DNA from: Adineta vaga
Lineage: Eukaryota; Animalia; Rotifera
Assembly (NCBI GenBank): GCA_021613535.1
Contig: CP075495.1
Location: 9,424,001 to 9,488,000 of the forward strand
Length of the DNA stretch: 64,000 nucleotides
Direction: 5' to 3'
Shown: positions 56,939-64,000 of the stretch, piece by piece
How the letters are laid out: every line of letters begins with the position of its first letter
How positions within the stretch are numbered: position 1 is the first letter of the stretch
Translations under genes and position numbers: made by a program
Notes under the pieces: model-generated
What the model was told of the DNA's origin: nothing
The model's input: the letters and a program-made list of their open reading frames with translations, nothing else
Databases searched by the model: none

Positions 56939-59900
56939 ATGTCTTCCATCTCAAATAAATGGACACCAAAACAACGTGATTATGTCTCTGAACACAAACA
57001 ATTCAATAAAACGACAAATGTTACAACAGTTCATCCATTGGGTGTAGTTGTTGTATGTATTTTCTAAATTTTGACATATAAAAAATCTTTTCTAATTCAA
57101 TATTATAGGCGAACAAACTTCAAACAGTTACATCGACATCATCTTCAGTTGTTGATCCACTTTCAGCAAAATCAACTCAAGTTGATGTTGATCCATTATC
57201 ACGTGCGTTAGCTGCTGCAATTACATCAAAAAAGAAAGAATCAACAGATGAATTTTCAACTAAAGTAACTGATACATTCGAACCATGGTCAAGCAAAAAA
57301 AGTCTGATTTTAAATCAATATTCAACAACAAAAAAAATCAGTATGACAACTGCAACGAATAATAGTAATGATGAATCTATTATTGATAATTCCAAAGGTA
57401 TGGATTAAAGAAATTTCTAATCGAATAATCTTTATCGATTCATTTAGTTTCGGATATGACAACAACATCAGAACGAATCAAAAATCGCCTAGAACAATTA
57501 GATGCATTCGAAGTAGAACATGAATTGTTTATCGATAATATTATACATTGATATTTCATCTAGGGTGGCCAACAAACTCAAAGTTTAACTCAACAAGAAT
57601 ATATCAATCGAATCAATGAACTGAGTCGAGATATGAGTCAAGCATGGAAAAGTGATCAACGTGTCAAAACATTAAAAATTGCTATTCAAGTAAGACGACA
57701 TTTTCTTTGAAGAAAATTCGTGTATTTAAATTAGTTTGTTTTTAGTGTAGTAAATTATTAGCTGATATGAATGTAATGGAATTCTATCCGAGTAAATTTT
57801 GTTTAATAACAGATGTATTAGACACATTTGGTAAGAATATTGATATTTTAAGAAAAACAGAGAAATGTCAATTGTTTTTTCATAGGCAAATTGGTCTATA
57901 CTCGATTATTAGAAAAAAGTGCATCATCAAGTGGAAAAATTCGTAAGATGAGATTGAAAATATAACATTGAATCTTTCGTGTTTGCTTTCATTAGCGGAT
58001 CGTATTATACCTGATCTTATTCCTGAAGCAACACGTGAAACTGCTCGTAATTGGTTTTATAAAATTGCTATTATTCGTGAATTATTACCACGTATTCTGA
58101 TTGAAGCAGCTATTCTGAAATGTTACAGCTTCTTATCTTCAACGTATATAATTTTTTCATGTCTTTTTTTCTTCAATAAAAACTTCGATTCGATTTCTTT
58201 AGACATTATAAATCTACATTAGTACAATTAGTCAAAATGTGTCGAGGAATAGGCGATCCATTAGTTGCTGCATATGCTCGTTGTTATATTTGCCGAGTAA
58301 ATAGTCTAACAATAGTTTATTATCAATAGGATTTGCATTTGTTTTGTTATTTTTGTATGATAGGTTACTATTGATATTGATTTTAAACATCGTGAACCGA
58401 TTGAAATTGCTTTTACAGATTTATGTAATTCATTTCAACAATTAAATACATCAACTGTTAAAAATTTATATATATCACAAAAATTAACAACAAGTGTTTA
58501 TTTATCCTTATATTCACCTGCATTGGATTGGATTGTTCAATGTTTATTACATAAACTAGATGAAACAAAAACTGAACAAATGATTGATAAAACACGATCC
58601 GGTTTAAATATACCAAGGTTCATACAATAGATTTATTTCATCAATCAATGATTTTCATTTTTAATTTTTTCAGTGGTGGTGTAGTTTTGAATGCACTTTT
58701 AAATACACTTCCATCAAGTCATGTTCGTGCGAATGTACAAAAGTACATTGGAATGATTGGTGAATGTGATGAGCAATATTTTCCTAAAGTAAATCAATGA
58801 TTAATAAATCCATTATAATTATTTGAATTTAACTTTTTCTTTTATTCTAGAGTATACTTTATCGTTCGTTGGGTCTTTCTCTTCTGCTATCACCACCCGA
58901 ATCAACACCATCAGATCTACAGATATTGAGTAGTGTTTGGAAAGTTGTTACAAAATTTAAAGATCCACCGGTAAAAAAACAGAGATGAAATTAAAACTGG
59001 CCATCAACATTTATATATAAAATCATTTCATTCATTCTAGGCTTATATGGCATGTGCTGAAGTTTGGATTGAATTAACTTCTAAAGAATATACAGTAAGA
59101 TTAGATAAGAAAACAATTGTTAATGGAATGATTTCTTCATTGAATAGATTCGTGAATTGAATACTATGTTAGGAGATATTATTAAACATTTAACACCTGA
59201 TCGTGCTTTTGAAGAATATTATGGAAAATTACACGCAATTGTGGTTAAAATATTAGCAAATGTTGAAGATTTTGCTGCATTATTTTCTATAGTATTTACT
59301 ATGAAGAAATAATTTGAATCAATGAAATTAATCGTTTGGTTTTTGTTTTATTCTAGGATAAAATCTTACCATTTCTTGATTTATTTCAACGAGAAAATGT
59401 TCGAGTAGATTTATTCAAATCGATCTTGCATGCATTTGTGAATAGGTTTGTAAGATAATTCTCTTTATTTTAACTATAACTTCTTCATTCGTAGAAATTC
59501 ACAAGAAAAAATCAATGATCCAGTATTAATAGCCGCAATGATGCATTGCGCAAAATGTGTACATGATACCCTCGGGTAAGTTTTATTTATTTATTTATTT
59601 AACTAATAAGAATAATAATTTGGTTTCTTACAGCGCATTGACAAATGATGATGAATTACGAGAGGTTAGTACACTTCTATCTGCTGTAATACGACGTGTG
59701 GATTATGGCAAAGATGTCGAACAAGAATTGAAATTTTGTGTAGAAGCTCGTGGATTGTTTGGTTATGTCGATTCCGTCACCATTACACTTATACAAGTAA
59801 AAAAAGAAACCATATCTTCTATGAGAAATATTCGTAATAATTCACTTTAATCTATAGAAAGTCAATAAATTAGCTGTATCAACACATCGTATTGTTAATG

Positions 59901-61070
59901 GTGTACATTCAACTGCTACATCATCATTTATTCGTGCTTGTATGGCATTCTGTTATATCACAATTCCATCATTAGAACATCCACTCAATAAACTTCAACT
60001 CTATACATTATGTGCACAAACAGCATATTTGAATCAAAGTCTTTCACAAGGTATCATCTGAATTCAATTCATTTTCTTATGTAAAACTCATATCAATGTA
60101 CTAGGCGATGGTTTTCTTAAAACAGCGATTACATTATTATCTGATTTTCCCAAACAAATTGAAATTGAAAATAAATTAGTATCAAGTGATCGATATCTAT
60201 ATGAAGCCATTTCCAATGTCATGTCAACACTTGTTATTGTACCCGTATGTTATTTTAAGTATATTGTACAAATGAACTATTTGTAGAAAATTTTCTTTCT
60301 TTTAGGATAATCCAGAAGGTGGTATTTTATATCTTGCTCATGGTTTAAGTAATGTTATCAATCAAATGAAATGTTTTGATGAAGCAAGTGAAACACGTGC
60401 GATACTTCTTATGAATATGTTGTGTTTTATTACAACACAAATTCAAACTGTATTACCATATCATATTCCAAAAGGTATAGTTTTGATATTTATTCAAGAT
60501 GTACTTTTGAACATTGCCGTTTTTCTTTTTTGAAAATTAGTTGAATCAAATGATACGTTATATGGTAATGATAAAGAATTTCTTAATGAAATGCATCAAA
60601 GATTAAATCGAATTTGTGACCAGATCATCCAAATTCTAAAAGATATGGCAAATACAGTAAGAATGACAAATTTAGACTGTAAGAATGTTTTTCATCATTT
60701 TATATTTAGAATCCCAAACGTCAATCAACACTTGCTCTGGAATTTTTCAATCGTTTGATTGCACATGCTGATTTAAATCAACCGAAATGTTTGAAATTTG
60801 CTGTTAATCTTTGGAATTTAATTCAGAAAAGTGCCAGTCCGGATACACAAAAATTTGCAGTAGTGAACATTCTTAAATTTATGAACATTTTTTCTATTTA
60901 CTTTTCTTTAGAAACGAGTATTAACTATCATTGAAATGCGTTCAAATTATGATCAATCTTTTAAACGTTTGTCTGAACATTTATCCGGAACGACTAATGA
61001 TACAAGTCGAGTATCATCTCGCTCATCATCAATATCCAATTCGATACAATCATTCAATACTGGCGATTGA
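56939..61070 (+). CDS. VPS35L: VPS35 endosomal protein sorting factor-like (Retriever subunit, C16orf62/UPF0505)
   Basis: [27 protein letters not shown]...[94 protein letters not shown]. Confidence 0.93.
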
Positions 61071-61523
61071 AATTTGATCTAAAATTAGCAATAATGATTC
61101 GTTTCATAACTTATTCTTTTTTATACCTGTGATTCTTCGATTTCTTTTTTTTTGTGAAAACAAATACGATTGATTTATGTATTTTCTTATAATATAAAGA
61201 TTTTTTAGATCATTTTTTCCTACAATATCAATAACTTCTTATATTATTTGCAGTACTATACTTGAAATACGAAGATAAATCATTTCATAATTTCTCTTTT
61301 ATTCTTTCTTCATCTTTTATTACGAAAAAAGAGCCTTATGTAATATGTATGCTAAATTGAATTCATTTTAAAAGCGAACAACTCTATGCTGACATAAAAC
61401 TAACTTGATACTTCTTGATTATTAGAAAATGAGCATGCGAAAAAAAGAAGAATATTGAAATCATTGTTGTTTGTCTCCATTCATGATAGCACCAACAAAC
61501 ACCTTTTTTTATTTGAATTTTGT

Positions 61524-64000
61524 TTAGCATGAGATTGTTGCTTGACAATAGCGTGTTTCTTTTAATGGCCCACATCGTTTGCCACCATTACGTGCCCGAC
61601 GTACAGGTACACGTGTACGTGTTTGTACAGCATCTTGAGCACAACCTGTACACGATGACCAAACACTCCATTGACTTACGACACAATCAACTGGTGCTAA
61701 GATAAAAATTAAAGCAAGATCTTAGTAAAGAAATATTTTTCTATCGAAGAAATACATACGACAACGACTCATATTACATGGCTGATTTTCTTCCAATTGT
61801 AATGATCGACAACGATAAGGATCACTTGTTAAATGATGATGATTCAATAAAGTTCGACTACGACGTCGAATACCATTGGGTCCACAAGTAACTGAACATT
61901 CACTCCATTCACTCCATGGACTCATCGGACATGATAGGTCAGTGGCTATGAAAAGAGAAACGTGCATAGAAATATTATTCTATTTTCTCAATCGTTGAAT
62001 TTGGTAGTCGCCTCTTACTTTCAGCAAGAAAACTTTTACAAACAGTTTCACATTCCATTTTGTCAGCAAAATTATTCTTATTATTACCACGAGCAGGACA
62101 TGAACCAAGGCCAGCAAATGGTACACATGACATACTTGTTTTATTGTAGTGAAAACGTTGTAGACCACGACAACGATTGTCTTCAATTGGTTCTGACATA
62201 CATCGATCTAAAATATATTATAAACTTCATTGAATACCGTGTAGAAGACATAAGACTTAACTAGTGTTTCTTATTTTAGTTAAAAAACGAGAAATAAGTA
62301 GTATTCATAGTAAACTTACCTTTATTTTCATGGTTATGACAATGAGCTGCATCAGCACCTTGACATTGACGCTTTTCTACCAAATGAATATCTTGACATT
62401 TTGGATCATGATGTGAATTATCATTGAGATACCATCGTCGTCGTTCTGTAATACCTTGACCACACGTTACTGAACATGGTGAAAATGATGACCAATCTGT
62501 TACAGCACATCTGAAGAAAAAAAATCGACACACTCTCTTTTGAGATATTATCTTTCGAACAAACAAGAGAAGTTATTTACGGTGCGACTTGTTGATTATT
62601 ATCATCACAATCTTCACCAGTTCTTTCAAAACACATTTCACTTTCACTCAATCGTTCATTACATCCATGATGATCACGATTTTTATACATTCTAAAGAAG
62701 AAATGAGTTTCAATACTCTACTCAACATCATAGTAAACCTAAAACCTTGTTCGTGTTCGTAAACCATTTCCACATTTTACATTACACGGACTCCACTCTG
62801 TCCATGTTGATGTCATACAACGAGGATCAGCTGATTGTTCATCTAAAAATATTCAAGATGGTTTTGTTTTCGAAAGGAATAATAATTGAAAACAGAATAT
62901 CTACCGATTAATTCAACATTCGATTTAGCAACTTCTTTTTCACTTTCCACTTCACTTGTACGACTTAAATCAGCAAAATCTCGACCAAAATCAATAACTG
63001 ATGGTGTTTCACTGTGTTGTGGGCGACCACTTGGACATGACACTCCTTGTACCATTACTCGTTTGATACTCAATTTAGCAAATGGTGGTGGTTGGTGACC
63101 TTAGATTTCGAATAAGAGTTGTTTTATTTCAATTCTATTTTCTTTTCATTCATACCATAAAATGGTGATCGATTATCGGTAATATTACTTGAAAGTATTG
63201 GTGCAATGGGTTTACGCATCTGTTCCGGTCGTTTTGGTCCCTGATAATATTGGAAAAAGATTGCCTTAGTTTCAATTTTATCAGAATCAAGAATAATTTT
63301 ATTTACATTATATCGAATACCCATATCAGTTCCTGCATCAATTGGATGAAGTAATTCTTCATAACTATCCATCCAAGTACAATTTGGAAGACATAAATCT
63401 AAACCAGATACACCTAAAGAAAAATATAACGTAAGTATTATTCTATTTCAAAATGAAATTTAATTACCGGCGACCCAATCAGGTGATGGTCCAAGCATTG
63501 TTACAAACGATAAGAAATGATGATTTCTTGAACTTGTAAAAGCGCCTGTTGTAGATTTCGAAACATTTACTGTCCATAGACCAGGTACAATCATAATATT
63601 TCGAATAACACCAAATTTTGTCTAGAAACAAATAGTTTTGCTTTTTGCGAAAGACAAGATTATCAGTATAGGAATTTCTACATGATTTTTTATTTCTTTT
63701 TGCATAGTGCCGATTGCTCCCCATTCAGCAACTTGTTTCAAACCATCACTAGCCGTTTCACCAAAATTCCATACTAATTTTCAAAGAATCAGATAATGAA
63801 TAATCAATTGTCAAAGATCAATTTATTGCATTACTTGAATATTCTTGACTATGGACAGCTCCAATCAAATCCGACCAATGAAGAAGATGCTCTAGAGAAT
63901 AATACATATGTGTAGAAATATTTTGATAGAAATCATATTTACCAGGTGGCCAATCTTTTGGATGTGTTTGTTTAGACCAAAGACCTTGAAATGTTAATTG
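61524..64000 (-). CDS. SPON1: F-spondin/spondin-1 (5' part lies beyond the window): spondin_N domain, TSP1 repeats, Kunitz domain
   Basis: FQGLWSKQTHPKDWP, HWSDLIGAVH, ASDGLKQVAEWG, PSPDWVAGVSGLDLC, DAGTDMG; WSxWSxCSVTCG TSP1 repeats; Kunitz C..RCRG.QRFHY...C...C...NNF....EC...C. Confidence 0.93.

Overview
AT-rich (roughly 30% GC by eye) metazoan genomic DNA with many short (~50-70 nt) GT-AG introns. It is most consistent with a bdelloid rotifer (Adineta/Rotaria-like); this is inferred from intron size, composition, an ART-family relic and TGTGGG/TGAGGG hexamers. Genes in order: GATA1/2/3-class factor (-), an uncharacterised low-complexity multi-exon gene (-), a 4-exon NPY/NPF-like neuropeptide precursor missing from the ORF track (+), a TRPC/TRP-gamma channel (-), an uncharacterised Cys-rich type II membrane protein (+), two tandem ABCG half-transporters (-), an ORP2/OSBPL2-like lipid-transfer protein (-), USP32 (+), TAO kinase (+), NDFIP (+), a small ankyrin-repeat protein (-), an accessory island (hAT MITE with 8-bp TSD, other TIR-like ends, telomere-like hexamers, ADP-ribosyltransferase pseudogene), VPS35L (+) and a 5'-truncated F-spondin (-). 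The most notable observations are: an NPF-fold peptide ending LRY-W-RR instead of RPRF-G-KR, so it cannot be amidated; an ABCG pair whose NBD, including introns, is ~99% identical while the TMD and N-terminus have diverged, with possible non-metazoan origin; and three symmetric insert exons plus alternative C-termini in the TRPC gene. Exon boundaries were read by eye and no database searches were run.
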